From the sequence record MF459646.1: a DNA stretch of 40,000 nucleotides. The stretch is one strand, 5' to 3'. The notes under the pieces are model-generated. The model made no database searches. It was not told the DNA's origin and worked only from the letters and a program-made list of their open reading frames with translations. A program made the translations under genes and the position numbers. Each line of letters opens with the position of its first letter. Positions within the stretch are counted from its first letter, which is position 1. Shown here one piece after another: positions 18,356-27,759 of the stretch. This DNA comes from Erwinia phage vB_EamM_RisingSun.

Positions 18356-20341
18356 ATGTCTTTAAACAACAGCTCTAACTGGAATGGCGGCAACAAGGAA
18401 GAAAACAACCAGTCTGGTCAGAACGCGGGTTCTCAGAACACCAATGCTCAGGGCCTGGTTGGTCTGTTCCAGCAGACGTCCATGACGTCTGATAACCGTA
18501 ACCTCAAAGACGTCACCGACGTCCGTGAACAAATCATCGAGTTCTACAAAACTCAGAAGTCCTCCACGACCTCTCAGCTGCAGCAGCAAATCATTCCGGA
18601 AGTGGAAGCGATGACCGCCACCATTTCTCCGCAGCTGCCGGGCCTGTGTTTCTACCGCGAAATCCAGGGCCAGATGTACGTGATGGGCGTCCTGTTCTCC
18701 AACAACAACCTGGCGATCTCTACTGAGCAAATCAACGTTGCCGGTTTCGGTGGCAATGGTTCTCAGCGCGTGTCTATTCCGCTGACGCCGGCTGACTATG
18801 CAAACGGTCAGGTTATCGAAGGTATCCGTAACCACTACCGCAGCGTAGCATCAGCACGTCAGATTAACACCGTCAACATCATCAACGTTGTCGTGGCTGA
18901 TCTGGAAATGTACACCCACGCTGAAATCGTTGACGCGGCTAACCGCATCGACACCATCGCCAACTGGCTGACCCGTGAGTGGGAAGAAGCGATCCTGGTT
19001 AAAGCGGCCGAGCAGGCAACTGCTGCGCAGATTTCTCTGCCGTCTCCGTTCAAAGAGAACAAACCGTTCGGCAACAACAACGCCGCAGAAGCGCGCGTCA
19101 ACGTTGTTAGCGGCCGTCTGAACACGGCGCGTCAGCTGTCTCCGGCGAACATGGAAGTCATCGTGTCTACCATGAACCCGAACAGCAACAGCCAGTCTCA
19201 GAACAGCAAAGAAATCGCTCGTATCAAAGCGACGGTTTCCCTGAAAGGCGTCTCCTTCCAGGAGCACCAGCAGGCGCTGATGGCGAACCAGAACGCACAG
19301 CAGAACTTCATGCAAATGATGGGTCTGGGTGGTTCGGTTTACCCGAACGGCTACCGTCCGCTGCGTCCGGTTATCACTCTGGACCAGGTCCAGTCTGGTG
19401 AGCAGATGAACTACAACGGCGGTCTGGCTCCGTACTTCTTCGGCCTGTTTGCCCTGATGTGCACCAACAACAACTACGTGTTCGCAGAAGCTCTGCGTCG
19501 TGTAAGCGTTGGCGCTCGTGGCAACCTGTCTGATCTGGAAGTGCGTATCAACCAACTGCTGCAGGGTTCCGGTGTGCCTAACCCGCAGAACCGTATCCAG
19601 CTGACTGACAAAACCATCTCTGACACCGACGTGGTGAACCAGTGGATTCGTCAGAACGTCGCTCCGCACGCAACCTTCCAGACCAACCTGGTACTGCGCG
19701 GCGTGAACGGCTCTGTTAACAACTTCCTGCTGCGTCTCGCAGGTGGTGCTGGTCGCGGTGAAGCGATTAACACGGTTGTTAACTGCCTGGATGCAATCTC
19801 CAACGGCGCGGCATCTACCCTGATCGCTCGCAACCACACCTCCGGCAAAGGCTGGACCAAAGACAAGCCGATTCTGCACCGTACCGCAGAAATCGCTATC
19901 AACGGTCTGGCGACTTACGGCGACAAACAGCTGAACACGCTGGAAATCGACGAAATGCTGCTGGGTCACGTGAAGGGCAAAAATGGTATCAACGCCATTG
20001 CTGACTTCCTCCGCGTGCAGTACGGCACCGACAACGAAGAGTTCAAGTCTCGTGCGCAGAAACTGCGTATCCAGCTGAACGAATCGCTGTTCGACGGCGC
20101 AGTGCACATCAACAACTTCTCTCAGGTTCACATCTGGGATCCGCTGTTCATGCAGCTGCTGGGTGAGTGCATGGCTGATATCGGCGCAATGAACGTCGCT
20201 AACAACCTGGGCTCGTTCCGTACTACTAACCTGGTCTACGCACCGGGCGCTGGTCTGGCAACCTACGCTTCTGCTGGCAGCAACGGTAACGTTGGCGGCA
20301 TGATGGCGTCTGGTTTCTTTAACGGTGTACCGTTCGCGTAA
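18356..20341 (+). CDS. chmA: Candidate chimallin (phage nuclear shell protein), phiKZ gp54-like
   Basis: 661-aa protein; N/Q/G-rich N-terminus; immediately upstream of an RNAP beta' N-half (phiKZ gp54-gp55 order); own promoter-like motif; strong hairpin after the gene; PhuZ-like gene nearby. Confidence 0.72.
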   Translation: MSLNNSSNWNGGNKEENNQSGQNAGSQNTNAQGLVGLFQQTSMTSDNRNLKDVTDVREQIIEFYKTQKSSTTSQLQQQIIPEVEAMTATISPQLPGLCFYREIQGQMYVMGVLFSNNNLAISTEQINVAGFGGNGSQRVSIPLTPADYANGQVIEGIRNHYRSVASARQINTVNIINVVVADLEMYTHAEIVDAANRIDTIANWLTREWEEAILVKAAEQATAAQISLPSPFKENKPFGNNNAAEARVNVVSGRLNTARQLSPANMEVIVSTMNPNSNSQSQNSKEIARIKATVSLKGVSFQEHQQALMANQNAQQNFMQMMGLGGSVYPNGYRPLRPVITLDQVQSGEQMNYNGGLAPYFFGLFALMCTNNNYVFAEALRRVSVGARGNLSDLEVRINQLLQGSGVPNPQNRIQLTDKTISDTDVVNQWIRQNVAPHATFQTNLVLRGVNGSVNNFLLRLAGGAGRGEAINTVVNCLDAISNGAASTLIARNHTSGKGWTKDKPILHRTAEIAINGLATYGDKQLNTLEIDEMLLGHVKGKNGINAIADFLRVQYGTDNEEFKSRAQKLRIQLNESLFDGAVHINNFSQVHIWDPLFMQLLGECMADIGAMNVANNLGSFRTTNLVYAPGAGLATYASAGSNGNVGGMMASGFFNGVPFA

Positions 20342-20362
20342 TCGGTTAGCATAAAACCAAAT

Positions 20363-20396
20363 AAGCTAAGGGGGTTTCGACTCCCTTAGCTTTATT
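20363..20396 (+). terminator. Terminator after shell gene
   Basis: aagctaaggg ... cccttagctt followed by tatttcgcttttt. Confidence 0.7.
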
Positions 20397-20424
20397 TCGC
20401 TTTTTAATTTTTTGAGGTACCGCT

Positions 20425-22056
20425 GTGAACATACCCGACTTAACGCCGTCTAATGAGTTAGCCATTAAAGCGCTCACTAACCCGCGTTTAAATCACTTCG
20501 ATCCCCTAACCGACTTCATGGGTTTCGCACAACGCTACGGTGGGGATTTAACGGACGACCCTCAATTTTCGAAACCGCTGTATTTTGATTTTGAAGATTA
20601 CGATTATCTTCATGATACTTCCCGTTTGACGCCGGTGTATCTCAACGACTTCGACTTTAACTTAGAAGAAGACCGTGAACGTCTGGCGACATTAACCCGT
20701 ATGGATTTCAGCGGTAACACGTTTGAGTCTATTGCGGTGTGCAGTCCCGATTGCGGACATCTGAAAGGCAACTACCTGATCGGCTCAGACCGAACCTGTT
20801 CGAAATGCGGTAACAAAGTTGAGCGTTTCTTGAACCGTGGCAGCGACACCAAACTGTGGTTGCGTTTGCCCGAAGGCGTGAAGGCATTTGTGAACATTGG
20901 TGTTTACAATACCTTCCTTACCAGTATCACCATCAGTAACAGTGGCTCACCGAAAATCTGTCTGCCGCGTTACTTCATCGATCCGAACTACCGCAAGCAC
21001 GAAAACAAGCGTCGCATTACCACGCTGAGTGTGCTGCAAAACGTGCTGTCTGATTTGGACATTAAAGAGGTGAACCTCAACACCTTTGTGGACAACTACG
21101 ACCGCATCATGCAATACCTGTTAATGGGTCCGGGTAAACGCTATACCGGCCTGGGTGAACGTGTCACCGATATGTTGGCGTTGTATCACCAAACCCGCAA
21201 GATTGTCTTTAACCACTACCTCAAGGTACCGAACCGTTACAGTACCGTTATTGAGCGTGGCGACAAAGACGTCTACTGTGCAGAAGGGCAATTAGAAACT
21301 ACCCAGATTTACTACGCCATTGCCGATACCGCGAAGTCTGATGAATATTATCAGCTCAGCGAAAAGGAAATTCTGCGTAACGTAGAAATCGTGGGCAAGA
21401 ATCTGGTGAAGCTCACTGAGCAGTACGGGAAAGTCAATAACCCGAAGATGATCTTTCACAAGAAAGGTCTGAGTCGTAAACACGTGTGTTCAGGTTCTAT
21501 CCCAATGACCGGTCGTTCGGTTATTACCAGTCAGACCGGGATTATGGACCCAGGCAACCTGGAGATTCCGTGGAAGATTGCGCTGGCGATTCTGGAATAC
21601 CACCTGGTGGGGTTCCTGTACCGTCAAGCCAAGACGCCGTGGGAAGCCTATCGCCACATGAACCTGGCGGCACACGAAGTGGATGATCTGATTGACGGAT
21701 TCTTCCGTCGTATGGAAGACGAGCGTAAGGCGCTGATTCAAGCGGGTCGTAACCCGTCGATTGAATACCTCAGCTTGCGTACCTTCTTCCTGAACGTTAA
21801 CCGTAACCTGCACGATGAGTCGATTAAGTTACCTATCCTGGCCTGTGCTCCTATGAACGCAGACTTTGATGGCGATAACGAATACCTGCTCTTCCTGCTG
21901 GATTTGGAATCCAAAGCCAAAGCGTACGGAGCGTTCGGTCATCACCTGATGTTAGACACCAATCAGCTGTTCAAGGTGAATCGGTATGCGGCACAGGCAG
22001 CCACAAACTACATGAACCTGAACATCATGATGCAGAACACACCGGTGGTTGAATGA
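20425..22056 (+). CDS. Phage multi-subunit RNA polymerase, beta'-like N-terminal subunit (phiKZ gp55-like)
   Basis: Catalytic PMNADFDGDNEYLLF; zinc-binding CSPDCGHLKG...CSKCG; CSGSIPMTGRSVIT resembles the VDYSGRSVI region. GTG start. Confidence 0.92.
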   Translation: MNIPDLTPSNELAIKALTNPRLNHFDPLTDFMGFAQRYGGDLTDDPQFSKPLYFDFEDYDYLHDTSRLTPVYLNDFDFNLEEDRERLATLTRMDFSGNTFESIAVCSPDCGHLKGNYLIGSDRTCSKCGNKVERFLNRGSDTKLWLRLPEGVKAFVNIGVYNTFLTSITISNSGSPKICLPRYFIDPNYRKHENKRRITTLSVLQNVLSDLDIKEVNLNTFVDNYDRIMQYLLMGPGKRYTGLGERVTDMLALYHQTRKIVFNHYLKVPNRYSTVIERGDKDVYCAEGQLETTQIYYAIADTAKSDEYYQLSEKEILRNVEIVGKNLVKLTEQYGKVNNPKMIFHKKGLSRKHVCSGSIPMTGRSVITSQTGIMDPGNLEIPWKIALAILEYHLVGFLYRQAKTPWEAYRHMNLAAHEVDDLIDGFFRRMEDERKALIQAGRNPSIEYLSLRTFFLNVNRNLHDESIKLPILACAPMNADFDGDNEYLLFLLDLESKAKAYGAFGHHLMLDTNQLFKVNRYAAQAATNYMNLNIMMQNTPVVE

Positions 22057-22697
22057 ATAGTGCAAACGCGTTCAGTTATGCAATCTCGGGGGCAATGGGC
22101 GAAAAGCAAATTCAGTCCTATGCCAACTTCGTGAATCTGGCACACCAAAACCTCGTTGGGGTGGGTAGCTGGCTTCAGGAACAAGCTGAGCGTACCATGA
22201 ACCAGTTCAACAATTTCGTGAACTCTCGTGCATGGGAACTCAGTAGCCGCCTGGCGAAAAAGAACGAAGGTGATTATGTAGGGCGTTATGAGATTGGGTA
22301 TTTGGGGTCGTTAACTGGCCTGCAGAATGCACAAGGCTTCATGCGTAACTACGTGATGGCCAACCCAAATGTTATGCAGATGTACCTTGATGGCGAGATT
22401 TCTGGCTATGACGGGGAACTGCATGCGCGCTGTACTGGGCTGGCGGAAGAGAACATCTATTACCGTCGGGCCATGAACGGTGTCCTGGACTTCCGGGAAA
22501 CCGATAACGGAAAACAGCTGCACCACGCTCATTACTTCGAGCAGGGTAACTCACTGTCCTTCCGTGAACGAGTCGATATCCAACGTACCTGGGCAGCTGC
22601 TAATCATCATCTGGCGGCCACCGAGTTTGATATCACGTCATCCAACGGCGATAAGCGGAAATCGTTTATCATGGATGATGAAACCCCTTCTGAATAA
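22053..22697 (+). CDS. Hypothetical protein, 214 aa
   Basis: ATGA overlap with the RNAP subunit stop. Confidence 0.8.
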   Translation: MNSANAFSYAISGAMGEKQIQSYANFVNLAHQNLVGVGSWLQEQAERTMNQFNNFVNSRAWELSSRLAKKNEGDYVGRYEIGYLGSLTGLQNAQGFMRNYVMANPNVMQMYLDGEISGYDGELHARCTGLAEENIYYRRAMNGVLDFRETDNGKQLHHAHYFEQGNSLSFRERVDIQRTWAAANHHLAATEFDITSSNGDKRKSFIMDDETPSE

Positions 22698-22707
22698 TTA
22701 ACCTCTG

Positions 22708-22729
22708 CGCCAATGCTTCGGTGTTGGCG
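22708..22729. other. Hairpin with cUUCGg tetraloop
   Basis: cgccaatgc-ttcg-gtgttggcg. Confidence 0.65.
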
Positions 22730-22752
22730 TAGTCTCTATAGGAGTCCAGGCC

Positions 22753-22995
22753 ATGGGCGAGAAAAAAGAATTTGTAGTACAAGGTGTACACGAATACCAG
22801 TATAACGGTGAGACGCACTGTGAAGCCGTGAGCGACGATAAAGCCAAGTTCTGGTCCGTTTATCGGGTTGATCATCAGGGCCTCTCCTCGGCGCTGTGTG
22901 ACTGCCCTACGCGTGAGAAGGCTGAGTTCATCGCAACCCGCCTGAACTTCGTTAAGGATATCCGCGAAGAGCTGAACGCGATGTTGGCGAAGTAA
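22753..22995 (+). CDS. Small hypothetical protein, 80 aa
   Basis: Plausible small ORF in an intergenic slot, followed by a hairpin. Confidence 0.65.
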   Translation: MGEKKEFVVQGVHEYQYNGETHCEAVSDDKAKFWSVYRVDHQGLSSALCDCPTREKAEFIATRLNFVKDIREELNAMLAK

Positions 22996-23002
22996 AGTAT
23001 AT

Positions 23003-23022
23003 GAGGTGGGGTTTCCCACCTC
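23003..23022 (+). terminator. Terminator-like hairpin
   Basis: gaggtggg-gttt-cccacctc followed by tgtttcctttg. Confidence 0.65.
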
Positions 23023-23065
23023 TGTTTCCTTTGTTCTTTTATTTTTAGTTTGCAGTTGATTTCAG

Positions 23066-23090
23066 GTCTATATAGTTAAGGTGAATAAAG
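23066..23090 (+). promoter_or_regulatory. Putative phage promoter, recurring motif variant
   Basis: gtctatatagttaaggtgaataaag, ~55 nt upstream of ATG 23144. Confidence 0.55.
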
Positions 23091-23143
23091 TAATAGAAAC
23101 TTTATCATTCTCACATTTAACTATAATGAAAGGAATTGAAATC

Positions 23144-23512
23144 ATGGCTAAATTAACAATTAACTTCGACGCTTCCATCCTGAACGAACTGCACACCAAA
23201 CGCTGGAACCACTTAATCGGTATGCTGGAAAACGACGCGCTGTTCGTGGACGACCATCGTCACGGCATGGAACCGACCAAGCTGCCATACAAAGCACTGA
23301 TTGTTCACATGCGTGGCGAAGTTGTAAACATCTGCCCGTTCATTGACAACACGCCGTATTTCTGCATTAACCCGCTGACACCATTTGAAGGTGTTATTCA
23401 TCTGGACCGTAACAGCTGTGGCCACACCATTATGCGCGAAGGCAGCAAGAAGTGGCAGTTGGACCAACTGGTAGCAAAAGGCGAAATCGCCGGTTACATC
23501 GAAATTAATTAA
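23144..23512 (+). CDS. Hypothetical protein, ~122 aa
   Basis: ATG 23144 (MAKLTINFDASIL) preceded by aaaggaattgaaatc; track start 23081 overlaps the promoter-like motif. Confidence 0.8.
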   Translation: MAKLTINFDASILNELHTKRWNHLIGMLENDALFVDDHRHGMEPTKLPYKALIVHMRGEVVNICPFIDNTPYFCINPLTPFEGVIHLDRNSCGHTIMREGSKKWQLDQLVAKGEIAGYIEIN

Positions 23513-23535
23513 TTGAATCAATAAAGGAAACAGTC

Positions 23536-23658
23536 ATGCAAACCCTCGGCATCGCATTCTTTGTAGCAGCGTTCACCCCAGTCGTTATCGGTTTAGCGTA
23601 TTACTTCATTAAAGACATGCGTGCCGAAAACCAACCCATGGCTGTACGCAACAAGTAA
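23536..23658 (+). CDS. 40-aa single-pass membrane microprotein, not in the ORF track
   Basis: ATG with ataaaggaaacagtc upstream; MQTLGIAFFVAAFTPVVIGLAYYFIKDMRAENQPMAVRNK; followed by a terminator. Confidence 0.7.
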   Translation: MQTLGIAFFVAAFTPVVIGLAYYFIKDMRAENQPMAVRNK

Positions 23659-23663
23659 GTCAT

Positions 23664-23683
23664 AGCCCTGCATCTGCAGGGCT
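23664..23683 (+). terminator. Terminator
   Basis: agccctgc-atct-gcagggct; then tagcttttcatcattatttttttttt. Confidence 0.65.
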
Positions 23684-23724
23684 TAGCTTTTCATCATTAT
23701 TTTTTTTTTCGTAAAGGAATTCTC

Positions 23725-24135
23725 ATGTCTACTTTTTGTGTGGCAACCATGTCCACAGAGAACGGATGGGAGACCCAGTCGGTCCCCACGGCTCTGTCGC
23801 TCCATTTAATGTATTGGTTCGCTTCCCGTCGTAATCAATCCAAAAACTTGGCTAATGTCCCCAGCTTCTATTATCTGTGGCAAAAGTACGGCACCAACAA
23901 AGAGCAACTGATTTCTAACTGTCGTCAAGAACTCATTCAGTATATGTCTGAATTGTTCGATTCCCCTAAGGTGGAAGTGACCGCAGTGGATACGTCAGAA
24001 GCCGGTAGTAGCTTCCGTTTGGTGTTCGCAGTACAAGTATTTTCTGACGGGACGAACTATGACTTAGCAAGGTCCGTGTTAATTACAAACGAAATGTATA
24101 AAGTTCTGGACGAGGAGAGATTAAATAATGCATGA
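23725..24135 (+). CDS. Hypothetical protein, 136 aa
   Basis: cgtaaaggaattctcATG; overlaps next start. Confidence 0.8.
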   Translation: MSTFCVATMSTENGWETQSVPTALSLHLMYWFASRRNQSKNLANVPSFYYLWQKYGTNKEQLISNCRQELIQYMSELFDSPKVEVTAVDTSEAGSSFRLVFAVQVFSDGTNYDLARSVLITNEMYKVLDEERLNNA

Positions 24136-24934
24136 CGATCGCCACTATTCTGATATTGAAATGGAACAAAACGCGCAAGAAGAGAACGCTTCCTACTCTC
24201 CTGAACTGGAGCCGGAATTAGAGTTCCTGAAAGACCTGCGTGTTCACACCATCAACGGCAAGCTGGCACTGGGCGATGAAAAGCTGCCGTTTAACGTCGC
24301 CAAGATCTATTCTGAAAAGGAGTTCGTGGATGTTTGGCTGATGCAATTTGCATTGGGTAACCATTACGGCATTAACTACTTTAACCATCGCGAGTGGGGC
24401 AAAGAAACCAACCTGGGTACGCTGGCCGCCATGGTGGTTGATGAAGAAGGCAAACCTGTGCTGTTCGTTCCGCCGGTTATCAGCACCAACATGACCGACC
24501 GGGATTACGAGCTGTTGCGCATGGCCAGCTGGACCGTCAACAACAACATGAACGACAACATGAAGAAGAACGACCCGAACGCCAGTTTGGACGTTGCTCG
24601 CAAGATTCATCAGCACATCACCCAAAAGGCGATGACGTTGACGGATTTGATTGTCCCGGAGTTCTACGCCAAGCACAACGTCGTGCCAGAAGTAGAGCAA
24701 CAGGCTTTCTATCTGCGGGATGTTATTAATAACGGCGCGGTCGATATTAAAGACATGGTTGAAGTTCGTGAAATCCTGTACAAGGTACATCGCAACGAAG
24801 AACTCACCAGCGTAGAAAAAGAAAAGATCAATACGCTGTCGCGGGGTCAATTTGAGTTCACTGCACCGGAAGAAAAATCCACCGGCGGTGATGACGATAC
24901 CGGCACAGATTCGTTTAACCCATTGGAGTGCTAA
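24128..24934 (+). CDS. Hypothetical protein, 268 aa, acidic C-terminus
   Basis: Long ORF overlapping the previous stop by 8 nt; tail GGDDDTGTDSFNPLEC. Confidence 0.85.
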   Translation: MHDDRHYSDIEMEQNAQEENASYSPELEPELEFLKDLRVHTINGKLALGDEKLPFNVAKIYSEKEFVDVWLMQFALGNHYGINYFNHREWGKETNLGTLAAMVVDEEGKPVLFVPPVISTNMTDRDYELLRMASWTVNNNMNDNMKKNDPNASLDVARKIHQHITQKAMTLTDLIVPEFYAKHNVVPEVEQQAFYLRDVINNGAVDIKDMVEVREILYKVHRNEELTSVEKEKINTLSRGQFEFTAPEEKSTGGDDDTGTDSFNPLEC

Positions 24935-24960
24935 CGGCACTAACAGGGGATTAAAGCAGC

Positions 24961-26145
24961 ATGTTAACAAAAGTAAAGGAAGCGGTCAGCGAAGCACTTC
25001 ATGGCGACGCACCCGTTTCTAACGGTCCCCTGAAAATTCTTTGGTGTTCGGACCAGCACTGTTTGCACAACAAAACCCCCACGGAACATATCCTGGCTAA
25101 CCTGAGTCGTTTCTTCTATGTCGACAACGACCTGGCAAAAGTGGACATGATTGTGTTTGGTGGGGACTTCCTTGACCGTTTGGTTGAGGCCACCGACAAA
25201 AACCTGATGAAGGTGTTGGGTTGGATTAAAGTCTTTCTAAAGAAGTGCGAGGACCATAACGTCAAGGTCCGGTTCCTGGAAGGCACTAGTTCACATGACT
25301 GGGGTCAGCCCAAGCACTTTGAGTTTGCAGTACCGCATGAAGCCGACGTGAAGTACGTAGACACCTTATCGGTAGAAACGTTCCCCGAGTTCAACAACCT
25401 CACCATGATGTACGTGCCTGACAACATGGGTAACCGTACGCCGGATGAGATTTGGGAACTGGCGTTGCAGGTACTGAACCAGGCGGAACTGAAGGAAGTC
25501 GATTTGATTGCTTTCCACGGTGGCTTTTATTATCAGCTCCCGGAAAAAGCCTGGAAGCATGCTCACATGGAATCCCGTTGGGAATCGATTGTGAAGTACG
25601 GTATCTTTGCGGGACACATTCACATTCCGTCACACAAAGGTAAGATTTACTGTTCAGGGTCGTTTGATCGTATTCGCCATGGGGAAGAACATCCTAAGGG
25701 TGGGTACATTATCGAATTGGACAACGTTGCCGATACCTTTAAAGCCACGTTCTATGAGAATAAGAAAGCGTTACCTTATCTCACAATGTGGATTAACAAG
25801 GAAATGACTGCGGAAGATTTGGTGGAGAAGATTCACCTGTTCATTCGTAATCACAAGCTGCCTCCGCATTCGCAAATCAAAATTCGAAATGGGAACGGAG
25901 CAGTGGTCAATCCGGTGGTCAACATTCTATCGACGGAGTACCCGAAGTTGGGCTTCTCGGTGGAAAACGATTCCGAAGATGAAGCCGTTATCGACAAAAC
26001 GTTGTTTGATCCAAATCTTTATCAGGGAGTGACGCTGGACGAAAACAATTTGTTTGACGCCTTGTACGCAGAAACCCAAGAAAAATTCAACTCTTTATCA
26101 TTAAGCCGAGAAGAAGTCGAATCGGTCTTAAAGGAGTTTATGTAA
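24961..26145 (+). CDS. SbcD/Mre11-like metallophosphoesterase (nuclease)
   Basis: Ordered calcineurin-like motifs: SDQH, GGDFLDR, GTSSHD, AFHGG, AGHIHIP. Confidence 0.82.
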   Translation: MLTKVKEAVSEALHGDAPVSNGPLKILWCSDQHCLHNKTPTEHILANLSRFFYVDNDLAKVDMIVFGGDFLDRLVEATDKNLMKVLGWIKVFLKKCEDHNVKVRFLEGTSSHDWGQPKHFEFAVPHEADVKYVDTLSVETFPEFNNLTMMYVPDNMGNRTPDEIWELALQVLNQAELKEVDLIAFHGGFYYQLPEKAWKHAHMESRWESIVKYGIFAGHIHIPSHKGKIYCSGSFDRIRHGEEHPKGGYIIELDNVADTFKATFYENKKALPYLTMWINKEMTAEDLVEKIHLFIRNHKLPPHSQIKIRNGNGAVVNPVVNILSTEYPKLGFSVENDSEDEAVIDKTLFDPNLYQGVTLDENNLFDALYAETQEKFNSLSLSREEVESVLKEFM

Positions 26146-26928
26146 ATGGGGCGAGATGTCGGAACACTGGGTATGTCCGCCGGGACATCCTTGGCGTTTG
26201 AAGCAGAAGGAGCGAGCGCGATAGTGAGCGCAGACTCCTTGCTGTTCAATCTCCGTACACTCATTCGTAATGCTTATGAATCGTTCTCCTCAGTCACCCC
26301 AACTGCCAAGCAGGTTATTGCGTCAGTAAAGGATGATATTGTGAAGATCGGTAAGTGGGTAGAAGACCATCGAGGGACACGGCCTATCTCGATGACCATC
26401 TACTATCCCACGTACAAAAGCCTTGCACGAGTGTACAACAAAGCTGATTTGTGGGTTCCAACCAAAGACCATCAACTGGCCTATGCCAAACTGGTCGAAG
26501 AGGTGGGCAATGCATTGTGTGACCAATACAAGGGATTGATTAAGCAGGTGGATTGTGACTTCCCCAGCTTCTCCGGTCGCGGTATTGTGATGACACACCA
26601 TGTAGTAGACCTGACGTTCACGACAGGCACTACCCGTCTCTATCTGCTGGAATCCCACACCGGGAGTCTGAAACCGTACACACAGTGGTACACGAAACTC
26701 ACCGGTGGGTCAGAGTTGTTCTATATGCCCTTTAATCATTTGACCATTCAAATCTTCGGAGATCGTTCTACGAATTTCAAATCATCGAAGATAGGGATTA
26801 AGAATGTATTAAAGACAATCGCCAAAGATGCGCGCTGGACATCTGCAACCAGCTACGAACGTGTCAAGTTCACTATCCGTAATTTGCCTGCGGGCACGGA
26901 TAAAGCTGGACTGCTCATGCTATTATAA
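26146..26928 (+). CDS. Hypothetical protein, 260 aa
   Basis: ATG immediately after the previous stop. Confidence 0.85.
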   Translation: MGRDVGTLGMSAGTSLAFEAEGASAIVSADSLLFNLRTLIRNAYESFSSVTPTAKQVIASVKDDIVKIGKWVEDHRGTRPISMTIYYPTYKSLARVYNKADLWVPTKDHQLAYAKLVEEVGNALCDQYKGLIKQVDCDFPSFSGRGIVMTHHVVDLTFTTGTTRLYLLESHTGSLKPYTQWYTKLTGGSELFYMPFNHLTIQIFGDRSTNFKSSKIGIKNVLKTIAKDARWTSATSYERVKFTIRNLPAGTDKAGLLMLL

Positions 26929-26942
26929 ATAAATACTGGCGT

Positions 26943-26963
26943 CCTATCTCTATAGAGTGAATG
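26943..26963 (+). promoter_or_regulatory. Weaker promoter-motif variant
   Basis: cctatctctatagagtgaatg, ~32 nt upstream of ATG 26995. Confidence 0.4.
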
Positions 26964-26994
26964 CCGGCATTTTCAGAATTTAAGAGGAAATATC

Positions 26995-27759
26995 ATGTCA
27001 ACAGGACAACGTCAGTTTGCGGGTAAGCCGCGTAAAAAGAACATGCTTAACGATTACCGTCAGCCGCTGCCGTGCAGTGATGAGCCGATGCCTGGTTCGA
27101 AGTATCCCGCTCAGCTGATGTGGGAACAGAAGGCCAACGGTAACATCGTTCTGAAAATCGCCGATGGCGTGTTCCAGGAAAACGCGAAGGGTAACCATAA
27201 AGAAGCAGAGATGGTTGCCGCAGACCGCAACATTCTGTTCCAGGCACTGCTCGATGCCGCGGATAACCCGAACTTCGGTTCCAAGCAGATTGCCGTACGT
27301 AAAAAGCAATTCGTCTTCCAGGGCGGTCAGCGTCGCATGTCCGACCAACCGGTGGTGCAGTGCTACCTGACCATCACCCGTAACGAGCGCGGTGTGACCC
27401 TGGGTTACTCCAAAGGTGACTACAAAGTCCTGATCCGTTTCCGTGGCCCGAACGACTCTACTGTGTTCGTGAAGAACGAAGCCGGCGAGCGTATGGAAGA
27501 CCACGGTCTGATGTCACGCTGGGCGGTAAAAGGCTACGTAGGTTTCCATCAGCCAATTCTGGACCAGATGGAACTCACCGGTTGGGAACCACCGAAACCT
27601 CGCGGTGAGCAAGGCGGCGGTGGTGACAGTGGTGGCGGTTACGGCGGTGGTAATGGCGGCAATGGCGGTTACTCCGGCGGTGGTTATTCAGGTGGCGGTA
27701 ACGGCGGACAGTCTGCGCCGGCACCACAGGGTGGCTTCGACGAAGACATCCCGTTCTAA
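26995..27759 (+). CDS. Nucleic-acid-binding protein candidate with Gly-rich tail and SSB-type DEDIPF C-terminus; SSB or ChmC-like
   Basis: Basic N-terminus, central strand-rich segment (YKVLIRFRG), GGGYGGGNGGNGGYSGGG linker, terminal FDEDIPF; directly upstream of the gp68-like RNAP subunit gene. Confidence 0.6.
   Translation: MSTGQRQFAGKPRKKNMLNDYRQPLPCSDEPMPGSKYPAQLMWEQKANGNIVLKIADGVFQENAKGNHKEAEMVAADRNILFQALLDAADNPNFGSKQIAVRKKQFVFQGGQRRMSDQPVVQCYLTITRNERGVTLGYSKGDYKVLIRFRGPNDSTVFVKNEAGERMEDHGLMSRWAVKGYVGFHQPILDQMELTGWEPPKPRGEQGGGGDSGGGYGGGNGGNGGYSGGGYSGGGNGGQSAPAPQGGFDEDIPF

Noticed and set aside
18851-20131. 426-aa minus-strand ORF (plus other long minus ORFs such as 787-1395, 15541-16170, 30962-32092)
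   Set aside because: Antisense shadows of well-supported + strand genes; their composition mirrors the sense codon bias and they lack motifs or ribosome-binding context.
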